Below are positions 8,907 to 18,400 of a stretch of DNA of 64,000 nt, piece by piece. Every line of letters begins with the position of its first letter. Positions within the stretch are counted from its first letter, which is position 1. Both the position numbers and the translations under genes were made by a program. Source of the stretch: a virus; the IMG/VR virus record IMGVR_UViG_3300045988_094874, positions 1 through 64,000 of that record. The stretch is one strand, 5' to 3'. Below the pieces are notes generated by a model. That model saw only the letters and a program-made list of their open reading frames with translations, did no database searches and was not told the DNA's origin.

Positions 8907-9175
8907 GGTATATTATGATAAATAAGTATAAGCTTAAAATAGGTGATTGGGTTACGGTCACTCATAATTATCAAAATAATCCAACTAATAATGAAAAAGG
9001 AGTAGTTCTCTTTGATTATGGAGACCGGAAACTTATAGGCTTTTTCTGTGGAGGATTACGCTCAAACTCAGCTATAGAAGACTATAGAGACTCATATAAA
9101 GGGCTAAGGGCTACATGGACTATTCCCTCTCATTATTTATCTAAGAAAATAAAAACAAGAAGCAAGTTTAAGTAG
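8903..9175 (+). CDS. small paralogous protein 3 of 5
   Basis: 90 aa; KIGDWVTV...LIGFFCGG...TRSKFK. Confidence 0.45.
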   Translation: MRYIMINKYKLKIGDWVTVTHNYQNNPTNNEKGVVLFDYGDRKLIGFFCGGLRSNSAIEDYRDSYKGLRATWTIPSHYLSKKIKTRSKFK

Positions 9176-9183
9176 GTGAGACT

Positions 9184-9441
9184 ATGGCAATTTTAGAGAT
9201 AAAAGAAGGAGATACAGTCTGGGTACTGCCTAGTGAGGAAATGGGAGTTACACAGAGGATAAAGGGTAAAATCATAAGAATAAGTGAGTTTAACCTTGAA
9301 TTTCCCTATACAGTAGTTTTGGATAAAGAGCTACTACCTAACCATAATAGGGAATGGGATTTGTATGGTGAAAGCTTACAAGCAATACTTAAGCCAGATG
9401 AGATATACAAGACTAATTTTTCAAATAATAAATTTGTGTGA
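9184..9441 (+). CDS. small paralogous protein 4 of 5 (divergent)
   Basis: 85 aa; KEGDTVWVLP...NNKFV. Confidence 0.4.
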   Translation: MAILEIKEGDTVWVLPSEEMGVTQRIKGKIIRISEFNLEFPYTVVLDKELLPNHNREWDLYGESLQAILKPDEIYKTNFSNNKFV

Positions 9442-9692
9442 GGTGTAAGATGTTTGAAAAAGGACAAACAGTATTAGTCACAAGAGACTGGGAAGCTAAT
9501 GATACAGAAGGAAAACTAGGTATTATACTTGATATATGGGGTTCTGATTATAAGATTGGTTTCTTTAAGGAGCTCAGTAAGACTAACGGGGATACAAAGG
9601 CTTATCAAGAGAAATATAGCTCAATTAAATCAACTTGGTGGGTGAGAGAGTACACACTTAAGAACGCTATGACTAAAAATAAATTCAAATAA
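9438..9692 (+). CDS. small paralogous protein 5 of 5
   Basis: 84 aa; EKGQTVLVT...KIGFFKE...TKNKFK. Confidence 0.45.
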   Translation: MRCKMFEKGQTVLVTRDWEANDTEGKLGIILDIWGSDYKIGFFKELSKTNGDTKAYQEKYSSIKSTWWVREYTLKNAMTKNKFK

Positions 9693-9706
9693 TTTGCAAA
9701 AAGGTA

Positions 9707-9734
9707 TTGACTTTATAAAACAAAGGTGTATAAT
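9707..9734 (+). promoter_or_regulatory. early/middle promoter TTGACT-16-TATAAT with conserved upstream GCAAAAAGGTA; copy 1 of 2
   Basis: 20-nt block GCAAAAAGGTATTGACTTTA identical at 9695-9714 and 24375-24394. Confidence 0.5.
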
Positions 9735-9763
9735 GGAACTATCGACAGGAGAAAGGAGATAAT

Positions 9764-11122
9764 ATGGATTACATTAAAATACCTGCAAATGCACTAGACC
9801 AAATTGAGAACAAAGCAGAGCTTGTCTTGTTTGGTCTTTATTATAGTCAAATTTCAAGAGGTCAAATGGAGAACTACTTTACACAGGAATATGTGTATAG
9901 TATTCTCAAAATGAACTCACGGACTTTCACAGCTGGTATCAAGAGCCTCTACGACAAAGAGCTTCTACGCTGGGGCTGGGGAAGACGAGACGGAGCAGAG
10001 TATTGGGCACGAAAAGTTATGCCTGACAAGCTCTATTGGGATATTGAAGAAGCAAACAGCAACTACCTAGCAATGCAGACTTGGTGGGCTGGTAAGCTCA
10101 GATTGCCTTATAATGCTCTTGTGTTCCTATCAGCTTTCAACTCACAAGCTCGAAAAGAAGGTAAGCTTGGAGAGGATTACAGCTTTGCACCAGATAAGCT
10201 AGAGAATATCGCCTCTGTGTTTAATATGAGCCGGTCTACTCTGACAAATACACTAAGCCTACTAGAAGAGCTCGGTATATTGACACGGAAACGTGTAGTA
10301 GGGCAAGGAGTATCAATCACTGTGAATGGACTATTCTTACAGCAAGAAGCTCCTACAGCACAGGAAACAGCAGAGCTTATCTACAACCTCATGCCTGAGA
10401 ACAGTCTAATTAAAGAGGCTATCACGTTTGAGAAATCAGATAACTGGTACTGTGAGTATAAGGAAACTTTGCACCCTACAAACAAGACCATGGACAGCAC
10501 TAAGCTACAGCTTGTTAAATCGTGGCTACGCTCTCTAAAACGCTCTTGTAACGATGTTTTCATGGCTCTGGTAGATATTATGCGCCCTTGTGTAAACATG
10601 ATTACAATCCCTCTGAGAAGCACACAGGAGAAGCTGGCTCTTGCTGGTGTCTCTGATGAGTTCTATGATGAGCCTATTCAAGTACAGAGTGTTTCACATG
10701 AAACATTTAGCACAGAGGACGATAGCTCAGAAGAGCCTGTGACCTCTTATATCGGCTGGTTTGAGATTATCAAGTATCAGGGCAAGAGATATGCTGAAAT
10801 CCCTACAGAGGGCACAGAAGGCAACCTACATATGTCTCTGGTAGAAATACCTGACCTTGTAGAAGACCAAGACGATTATGAGGACTGGTACAGCTATGCA
10901 GAACGAGGGGAAAGCGACCTGTGGATTAAGAAAACAGAGGAACTTGACCGAGAAATGCTAGAAGAAGAATTGAAATATCCTGGTGGTCATGGAAATGCCT
11001 TCCGTAGGAAACATGGCTTACCTGAGATTGATATGTCCTATAACCCTTATGATATTGAGGCTGATGAGGACGCTCAGGCGCTTGGGATACATTGGATAGG
11101 AGAGGAAAATTGTGACGATTAA
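9764..11122 (+). CDS. putative replication organizer/initiator (DnaD-like N-terminal region, acidic C-terminus)
   Basis: 452 aa; position ahead of primase-helicase; strong RBS GGAGAAAGGAGA. Confidence 0.3.
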   Translation: MDYIKIPANALDQIENKAELVLFGLYYSQISRGQMENYFTQEYVYSILKMNSRTFTAGIKSLYDKELLRWGWGRRDGAEYWARKVMPDKLYWDIEEANSNYLAMQTWWAGKLRLPYNALVFLSAFNSQARKEGKLGEDYSFAPDKLENIASVFNMSRSTLTNTLSLLEELGILTRKRVVGQGVSITVNGLFLQQEAPTAQETAELIYNLMPENSLIKEAITFEKSDNWYCEYKETLHPTNKTMDSTKLQLVKSWLRSLKRSCNDVFMALVDIMRPCVNMITIPLRSTQEKLALAGVSDEFYDEPIQVQSVSHETFSTEDDSSEEPVTSYIGWFEIIKYQGKRYAEIPTEGTEGNLHMSLVEIPDLVEDQDDYEDWYSYAERGESDLWIKKTEELDREMLEEELKYPGGHGNAFRRKHGLPEIDMSYNPYDIEADEDAQALGIHWIGEENCDD

Positions 11123-12812
11123 CATTTTTATTGAGGAGGTACTGGCAAAGAACTTTGGCCCTGATGATGAGGTGAAGGTGGGACTTAATTACAAGTTCAC
11201 AAATGAAAAAGACCCTAAGAAGCGATTTGCAAGGGATTTTGTAGAAACCTCAATCAGCCTGAAAGCTCTGAAAAAGTACCTAGGTTCACAGAGGAAGAAA
11301 GCTGAGCTCTATATATGTCCTACCCCTATCAAAGGTAAGAAACGCCTTAAGGAGAACGCACAGGAGACTTACCTTGTGTTCATGGATATTGATGGGGCAA
11401 GAGTACCTGAAAAGTATTTCAAGCCTAGCTATGTCTGGGAGACTAGTCCTAAAAAGTACCAAGGTGTATGGATTTTAGATAATCCGCTAACCCCCGATGA
11501 GCACGAGAAAGTGGCTAGGACACTAGTTAAGAAATATGGCTTTGACAAGACTAGTTCTGACATTGTGCACTATTACCGTGTGCCTCAGACAGTCAACCAT
11601 AAGTATAAGAGTGATTTCAATATCACAGGGTTGCAGGGTGAGGGAACAGTGTTCCGCAAGTCAGAGTTCATTAAGCGTCTAAAGAAATTCTTTAAACAAG
11701 CTAAGACAGCTGTGGCTGAGACTGGTGAGATTAAGAAAAGACGCTTTGACCTGAACGAGCTACTTGACCGCTATGACCTGACCTCTGTGTTTGATAACAA
11801 GGTAGTAGGAACTGACCGGAGTGAGTATTGCTTCCTGATTGAGCAGAAAATGATTAACCAAGGAGCAAGAAAAGAGGAGGTCTACTTTGTGCTCCTTAAC
11901 TCAGACATTGCTATGAGCAAATACAAGACTGAGAAAGCCCTACAGAAGGAAATTCACAGGGTGTTTGCCAAGCTAGAGCCTGACAAGCGTCCTAGTGACA
12001 GAATGTCTTCCTTTGGTAAGGTACACACAGGAGGAGTCACAAAGGCTAACAATGATAAAGTCAAAATCCTAGCCCTCAAAGATATTGAGGAATGGGACGG
12101 TAAAGACTTTTGGCTGATTGAAGGTCTATGGGCTAATCATTCAGTAGGTATCATTGGAGCACCTTCTAAGAGCTTTAAATCAACTCTAACACTTAACATG
12201 GCTGTGTCAGTGGCTACAGGACGAGACTTTGACGGTCACAAGGTTAAACAGGGTGGAGTTCTCATTGTGCAAGGGGAAAATAACCCTAGCATGGAAAAGG
12301 CTAAGCTTAAGACCATGGCAGGCACAGAGGACTTACCAATCTATTACACAGAAGCTCCTGTGTTCTTAGACCGTATCCATCACCTTAAGTCTTTTGTCAA
12401 GAAGAATGACATTAAGCTACTGATACTAGACCCTATGTACCTACTGTTTGGCTCTGGTGACATTAACAAGCACCAAGATGTGGCTGATAGGCTACGAGCA
12501 GTCTCAGAGTTCCGTGATGAGACAGGTTGCTCTGTGATTATAGTACATCACACACGTAAGATTGAGCGAGGAGGTAAGGTAGGTACAAGCGACTTATATG
12601 GCTCTACCTTTATCGAAGGCTGGTATGAAAGTATGATTACCTTGCAACGTAAAGGAGCTACTACCTCTAAGATGACGACTTATTTCCGTAACTTTAGGTC
12701 TGGTGATGTTTATATCCTACAGGTAGATGACCCTAGAGGTGCTAAACTACAGTACCTAAGCGACGAGGAAGCTGATTTTGGTCAGCTAATCAAGAAAGGT
12801 CCTGATAAATGA
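11112..12812 (+). CDS. primase-polymerase (prim-pol, DxD motif FMDIDG) fused to AAA_25/RepA-like helicase domain (GAPSKSFKST, ILDP Walker B)
   Basis: motifs read in the 566-aa ORF. Confidence 0.55.
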   Translation: MTINIFIEEVLAKNFGPDDEVKVGLNYKFTNEKDPKKRFARDFVETSISLKALKKYLGSQRKKAELYICPTPIKGKKRLKENAQETYLVFMDIDGARVPEKYFKPSYVWETSPKKYQGVWILDNPLTPDEHEKVARTLVKKYGFDKTSSDIVHYYRVPQTVNHKYKSDFNITGLQGEGTVFRKSEFIKRLKKFFKQAKTAVAETGEIKKRRFDLNELLDRYDLTSVFDNKVVGTDRSEYCFLIEQKMINQGARKEEVYFVLLNSDIAMSKYKTEKALQKEIHRVFAKLEPDKRPSDRMSSFGKVHTGGVTKANNDKVKILALKDIEEWDGKDFWLIEGLWANHSVGIIGAPSKSFKSTLTLNMAVSVATGRDFDGHKVKQGGVLIVQGENNPSMEKAKLKTMAGTEDLPIYYTEAPVFLDRIHHLKSFVKKNDIKLLILDPMYLLFGSGDINKHQDVADRLRAVSEFRDETGCSVIIVHHTRKIERGGKVGTSDLYGSTFIEGWYESMITLQRKGATTSKMTTYFRNFRSGDVYILQVDDPRGAKLQYLSDEEADFGQLIKKGPDK

Positions 12813-12943
12813 TAGTATATGATTATTATTGTAAGGATTGTGAAAAAGAATATGAAACTATTTTAGACCATGTTCCCTATGAGTGTGAACACTGTGGGGG
12901 ATATGAACTAACGATAACATGGAGGGCGAAAGCTTATGACTGA
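12809..12943 (+). CDS. unannotated 45-aa zinc-ribbon mini-protein (CKDC...17 aa...CEHC), coupled by ATGA overlaps to both neighbours
   Basis: manual translation MIVYDYYCKDCEKEYETILDHVPYECEHCGGYELTITWRAKAYD; below the 60-aa ORF-track cutoff. Confidence 0.4.
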   Translation: MIVYDYYCKDCEKEYETILDHVPYECEHCGGYELTITWRAKAYD

Positions 12944-13361
12944 AAAACAAGTAGTGCCAAAATATATGGCAGATTGGTTGAAATTCTGCAAAGATAATGG
13001 GTTTAAACTTTTAGAGGGAATGTCTCCCTATGCTTCTGCAATGGAGGAATACCTAGATGATTTTGAAGGTGACATTCAGGAAGTCTTAAAGTGGATTAGA
13101 CATAACCCAGATGAGTTTGCTAGGGCTTGGTTAAATGGGTATAAAGTTGCTTCCCCCACTAAGTATAAGGTGTTTATCAAAGGGTTAAAGAAGGAGAATA
13201 ACTACCTTAAGCATAATATAGGGGATGATAGTTGGTATATGGGAGCTAATATGGATGGAGAAAACCACATCCTTTGGCACACAAAAGAGGATTTAGAAAA
13301 AGCTGGATTTGTCTGGGTGTTCTCTTGTGAAGGTGTGATAGTAGAGGAGATGCAAGCATGA
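12936..13361 (+). CDS. hypothetical protein
   Basis: 141-aa ORF. Confidence 0.5.
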   Translation: MTEKQVVPKYMADWLKFCKDNGFKLLEGMSPYASAMEEYLDDFEGDIQEVLKWIRHNPDEFARAWLNGYKVASPTKYKVFIKGLKKENNYLKHNIGDDSWYMGANMDGENHILWHTKEDLEKAGFVWVFSCEGVIVEEMQA

Positions 13362-13735
13362 TACCGAAATTTCGAGCATGGCACAACAAATATAAAGAAA
13401 TGGGGAAGGTTAAACGGATACGATTTGATGATGACGGAAACATAAGCAATGTATTATTTAAAGGAAACCTGTTTGGAGTTAATGTAAAGATTAATGAAAT
13501 TGAACTTATGCAAGCAACAGGACTCAAAGACAAGAATGGTAAGGAAATTTTTGAGGGGGATATTCTTCATGGAAATGATGGAGAAGACTTCTGGGATGTT
13601 GTTAAATATGACAAAAATGATGCTGTCTGGATAAGAGAGTCTGTATATTGTTCTTCAATGCTTTATCTTTATGAGAATACTGAAACACCTAGTATTGTAG
13701 GTAACATATATGAAAATCCAGAAGTGCTTAGATAA
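13358..13735 (+). CDS. YopX-family phage protein
   Basis: N-terminal KFRAWH and central ATGLKDKNGKEIFEGDI typical of the YopX family. Confidence 0.55.
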   Translation: MIPKFRAWHNKYKEMGKVKRIRFDDDGNISNVLFKGNLFGVNVKINEIELMQATGLKDKNGKEIFEGDILHGNDGEDFWDVVKYDKNDAVWIRESVYCSSMLYLYENTETPSIVGNIYENPEVLR

Positions 13736-13748
13736 AAGGAGAAAGAAA

Positions 13749-15203
13749 ATGAAGAATAAAGTGAAATTTACAGCAGGAATGATTGTTTTAGCAGGGCTCT
13801 TAGTTGCCCCTAATGTATTGGCAAGTGAGGTTGCTAAAGAGGGTACTCAGATTAAGGTCACAGAGCCTGAAATCACTTACAGCTCAGAAGCGGCTGAAAC
13901 TTATGTCAACAAAGACTTGACATATCATACAGAAATCCCTGATGAGGTAGAGATTAATGAAGGTGATACACTCACTTACACTCTACCAGAACAGCTACAG
14001 TGGACAACTACTCAAGAATTTGATGTGACTAGTCCTGAGGGCAATGTAGTAGGACGTGCAGTTGCTTCTAATGAAACTCAGTCAGTTACCACAACGTTTA
14101 ACAACTACTTTAGTGAGCACCCTCTTGACAAGAGCTTTAACATGACACTCAAGACCATGTGGAAGAAAGAAGTAGTCACAGAGCGTGAAAAGTATGACCT
14201 CAATTTCAATGGCACTATTGTGAAACAGGCAGAGGTTAAGCCTCAGACTCCTGCAAACTCACAGGAGATTGTTGCCAAGTGGGGCTGGCAAGACAAAGAT
14301 GACCCTTCACTGGTTCAGTGGGGAGGACGAGTAAACTTTGTCAAACACCACCTCACAGATGTTAATGTATCTGATACATGGGACAGCAATAACGAGTACG
14401 TTGAAGGCTCTATGCGTATCTTTGAGCTCTCATCAGCAGAGCCTTGGGTAGGGATTAGAGAAATTCCTCTCTCAGAGGTTAATGTTCAGTTCTACAAGAA
14501 CGGGTTTAAGTTTAGCCTACCTGATGTGACTAACATTATCAGTGTTGAATACAAGACACGCTTGAAGAACAAGCTACAAAACCCTGTTAATGTATTGAGC
14601 TTTACAGCTATGGGTCAAGAGTATAGCTTTGAACGTGAAATCACAGTGGCTAATGCTACAGGTACAGCTAAGGGCAAGGTTCGACCTTTCACTTATGACG
14701 TACCACCAGCTCCTGTGTATGATATTCCAGAGTTTGAGGGTGGTGTAGTTCCTAATGACCCGCCTGTGCTGGATAAACCAGAGCTTAATATTGATGATAT
14801 TGAGCAAACACCACCAGCACCAGTCCATGAGCTACCAGAGTGGCAAGGAGGTACTACACCGCTAGACCCTCCTACAGTGGATAAGCCTGAATGGAATGGA
14901 GGCGTAGTGCCTAATGAACCCCCAGTATTAGACATTCCAGAGATTAACATTGATGATGTACCAGTTTTACCCCCTGCTCCTGTGCATGAGTTACCAGAAC
15001 TGGAAGTCCCTGATGTACCTACAGAAGACCCTAAGACACCTCCAACACAAGAGGAATTACCTCCTGCTAGCGCTGATGTTAAGTCACAGGATAAGAAGGT
15101 CTTGCCTAAGACAGGCTCAAAAGACAATATTATGTACTTAGTGATTGGAGCTATTGTAGGTCTGATTGCTTCTCTACTAATCCCATTTAGCAAGCGTAAA
15201 TAA
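13749..15203 (+). CDS. LPXTG cell-wall-anchored surface protein: signal peptide, about 280-aa adhesin-like domain, Pro-rich PPAPVxELPE repeats, LPKTG + hydrophobic segment + KRK tail
   Basis: start set at RBS-preceded ATG 13749 (track ORF starts 13710 inside yopX); sortase signal LPKTGSKDNIMYLVIGAIVGLIASLLIPFSKRK. Confidence 0.7.
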   Translation: MKNKVKFTAGMIVLAGLLVAPNVLASEVAKEGTQIKVTEPEITYSSEAAETYVNKDLTYHTEIPDEVEINEGDTLTYTLPEQLQWTTTQEFDVTSPEGNVVGRAVASNETQSVTTTFNNYFSEHPLDKSFNMTLKTMWKKEVVTEREKYDLNFNGTIVKQAEVKPQTPANSQEIVAKWGWQDKDDPSLVQWGGRVNFVKHHLTDVNVSDTWDSNNEYVEGSMRIFELSSAEPWVGIREIPLSEVNVQFYKNGFKFSLPDVTNIISVEYKTRLKNKLQNPVNVLSFTAMGQEYSFEREITVANATGTAKGKVRPFTYDVPPAPVYDIPEFEGGVVPNDPPVLDKPELNIDDIEQTPPAPVHELPEWQGGTTPLDPPTVDKPEWNGGVVPNEPPVLDIPEINIDDVPVLPPAPVHELPELEVPDVPTEDPKTPPTQEELPPASADVKSQDKKVLPKTGSKDNIMYLVIGAIVGLIASLLIPFSKRK

Positions 15204-15233
15204 TGAGTAAGAATAAAGACGAGGAATGAGATA

Positions 15234-15455
15234 ATGAAGAAATTTATGGCTTGGGTGCTAGGAACAATAATCACTTTACTGTTCTGTGTACCTGCTAGTT
15301 TTGCAATGTATATCGCTATGGGAAGCCTAATCGCTCCTGAGCTGGTTGAGGTAAATCCTGTGATTGGAGTTATCAGCTTTTTCTCAGCAGTAGTATTCTA
15401 CTTTGCAGGAGCTATGATGGGCACAGGAGCTTATAAAACGCTATTAGGACGGTAA
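15234..15455 (+). CDS. small membrane protein (two TM helices)
   Basis: 73-aa hydrophobic ORF. Confidence 0.45.
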   Translation: MKKFMAWVLGTIITLLFCVPASFAMYIAMGSLIAPELVEVNPVIGVISFFSAVVFYFAGAMMGTGAYKTLLGR

Positions 15456-15456
15456 T

Positions 15457-18400
15457 ATGAAGAAAAGAGATTTAATGGTACTAGCCAAACGGCTATCATC
15501 TGTAGAGCTCTTTTCCCTTGATATTGAAACCACAGGACTTGATAGGTACAGGGATAAAATAGTCTCTGTGCAAATCAGCTATGACTTTAACGGTAAGGAA
15601 TATGACCATTTCATTTGGTGGGAGCAGTACACTAAAGAGGAATGGCAAGCCTTTCTGAAAGCCATAGCCAAACTGAATATGGTCACACACAATGGTAAGT
15701 TTGATATTCTGTTCCTATATGTTCACACAGGGGTATTCATGGAGCTTTACATGGATACACAGGTGCTGGCTCATGTATCAGGTGAAGTAGAGCTTGGACT
15801 AAAACCTCTTGTGGTAAAATACTTTGGTGATGATTATGACGTGAGCAAGGAAATCAAAGTCTCTGGTAAGCGAGACAGCCTGACTACACTCAAAGGATTT
15901 ATCACAAAGTATTTCACAGGAACTGAGCTTGTCATGGAACAGACTACTAAGGAAAATGCTGAGGCTTTCTTATCAGGGCTAAAGACCAAGGCACAGAAGA
16001 ACGCCTGTGAACTGATTGACAATGAGGACGGAACTTTTGACGTAACCCGAAAATGGGTACACAAAGACCGAACAGCCATGAATAAATTAGCTCAGCAGGT
16101 CTATGATGAGCTTGAAGGTGGTATACTTATCTCAGGAATGTCCGTAGAAGCCACTGACAGGCTCTGTAAGGCGTTTGAAAGTCTTGATAGTACAATCATA
16201 CTAGAGACGCTAAAAGATGTGACACAGGAGCTTGTAGAGGCTAATAACAAGAAGCTAGTGGTCTATGGAAAGAAGGACACACGATATACACTTAAGTTAG
16301 TGCCAATATTCAAGAAAATCATCAAGAAATACAAGATGATTAAGGTCTATAAGCATGAAATGAGAGCTTACAAAGCCTATTCTATCATTGAGAAACAGGG
16401 TATCTATATTGACCCTAATAGACACAAGGTGAGTGAACAGTTGAGAGCTGAGTACACAGAGTACCTTGAGGAGCTCAATGAGGTGGCTGAAATCAACTGG
16501 AACTCAACACAGCAGGTAGCTAAGGTCTTATTTGGTAAGAAGGGCGCTCCTGTGATTGTGGATGGAAAAGAGGTTGGAAAGTCCTTGGGACTGAAACCTG
16601 TGAAGAAGAGTGCCTCAGGAAATCCAAGCACAGATGATGAAACTCTTGTGGAGCTATCCGCTGTGAGTGAGGTTGCTAAGAACCTGAGAGAGTATAAGAG
16701 ACTGACTAAGCTGGATACATTTATCAAGTCATGGGACGAGATAGCTGTGGACGGTCAAATTCACCCTAGCTTTAATATCACAGCTAGGACAGGAAGGACA
16801 ACCTGCTCAAACCCTAATCTTCAGCAAGTCCCACAAAATAGTAATGTACGTGGAATTATCTATGCTAGACCGGGCTACAAGATTATTGAGTGCTTTAGTG
16901 GAGACACAGAGGTACTCACAGAGAAGGGATGGCAGAGATTTGATAGCCTTGATAAGGGAATTAAACTGGCACAATATGATTGTGAGAGTGAAGAGATTTC
17001 CTTTGAACAGCCTTTACGATATATCCACCAAGAGAATAGACCCACCTTCCACTATGAAGATAGGAATACTAGTGTATTTGCTACAGCCAATCATAATGTA
17101 CTGACTAGGTATACTAACCGAGTAACTAGGAAACATCCTTTTAAGGAGACTAACTTTAGCAGAGCCAACCAGTTCATAAATGCAGGCTTCTATACTACTA
17201 ATTACAAGTATTCTGATAAATACACAAGATTTCTAGCAATGTTTATTTCTGATGGTTATATGGACAACTATGGTAATATTTCTTTTGGTTTCAGAAAGCA
17301 GAGAAAGATTGATAGGTGTAAGCATGTTCTGGAAGAATTAGGTATTTCCTTTAAATTAAACCAGTATACAAGGAAAGGAAATGCTAAAGACACTATGTTC
17401 AGGATTGGTAAGGTCATGACACAGTTTGTGAATGAATACTCAGAGAGCTACAAGGTATTATCTACCAAAACAGCCTTTGAGCTTAACCCTGCTGTATACT
17501 TAGAAGAGGCTCAGTATTGGGATGGTACTCCTATAGTTAAGGGCAAGAGTGTGAGATTTGTATCTACACAGAAGAAAACACTTGAAGTCATGCAACTTAT
17601 GGGTGTATTCTGTGGGATTAAAATGGTTATTCACAGAGATAATCATAGGGATAAAGACTGTCATAAGTATGCTTATTATGTAAATTACAAACCAAAAGGA
17701 GATAGATTTACATGCATGAATGAGCAAGGGGTCGACTTCTCAAATCCTACTTACCAAGATGTTTACTGTATCACAATGCCACTTGGGACTTGTGTAATAA
17801 GACACAAGGGTAAGGTATCTATCCAATCCCAATGTGACCTGAGCCAAGCTGAGCTTCGAGTAGCCGCTGACTTTTCAGGAGATAAGAACATGATACATGC
17901 ATATCAGTCTGGAAGTGACTTGCATAGTAAGACTACAGAGATGATGTTTGGAAATCTTGAAGGATTAGACCATGATGAGCTTAAGAGAAAACGGACTCAA
18001 GCGAAGTCATGTTTCAGTGGAGATACTGAAATACTGACAGACAAAGGGTTTGTGCCATTTAATATGTATGATGGAGTAACTAGGGTAGCTCAGTATAATA
18101 TTGAGTCACAAGAAATCAGTTACACAGAACCGTTAGACTTTAGAATGATACCAAACCAGAAAATCTGTGTATTTGAGAATGAAAACACCTCACTAAAACT
18201 GACACCAAATCATGAGTGTATTATTCAAGTACAGAATACTAGAAAATACATGAAAAAGATTCCTTTTGAAGAGCTGGCAGGTCATGGGCAATCTAAGTAT
18301 GCTTGGGTAAATGCTGGTTATTACAACTATGATAAAAATAAGTTCATAGATGATAAATTGACAAGATTTGTAGCCTGCTTTGTTGCAGACGGAAGTTACA

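Noticed and set aside
14693-15274. 193-aa Gly/Ser/Thr-rich ORF on the minus strand
   Set aside because: Antisense-frame artefact of the Pro-rich repeat region of the LPXTG gene. No RBS, and it lies entirely within a strongly supported plus-strand gene.
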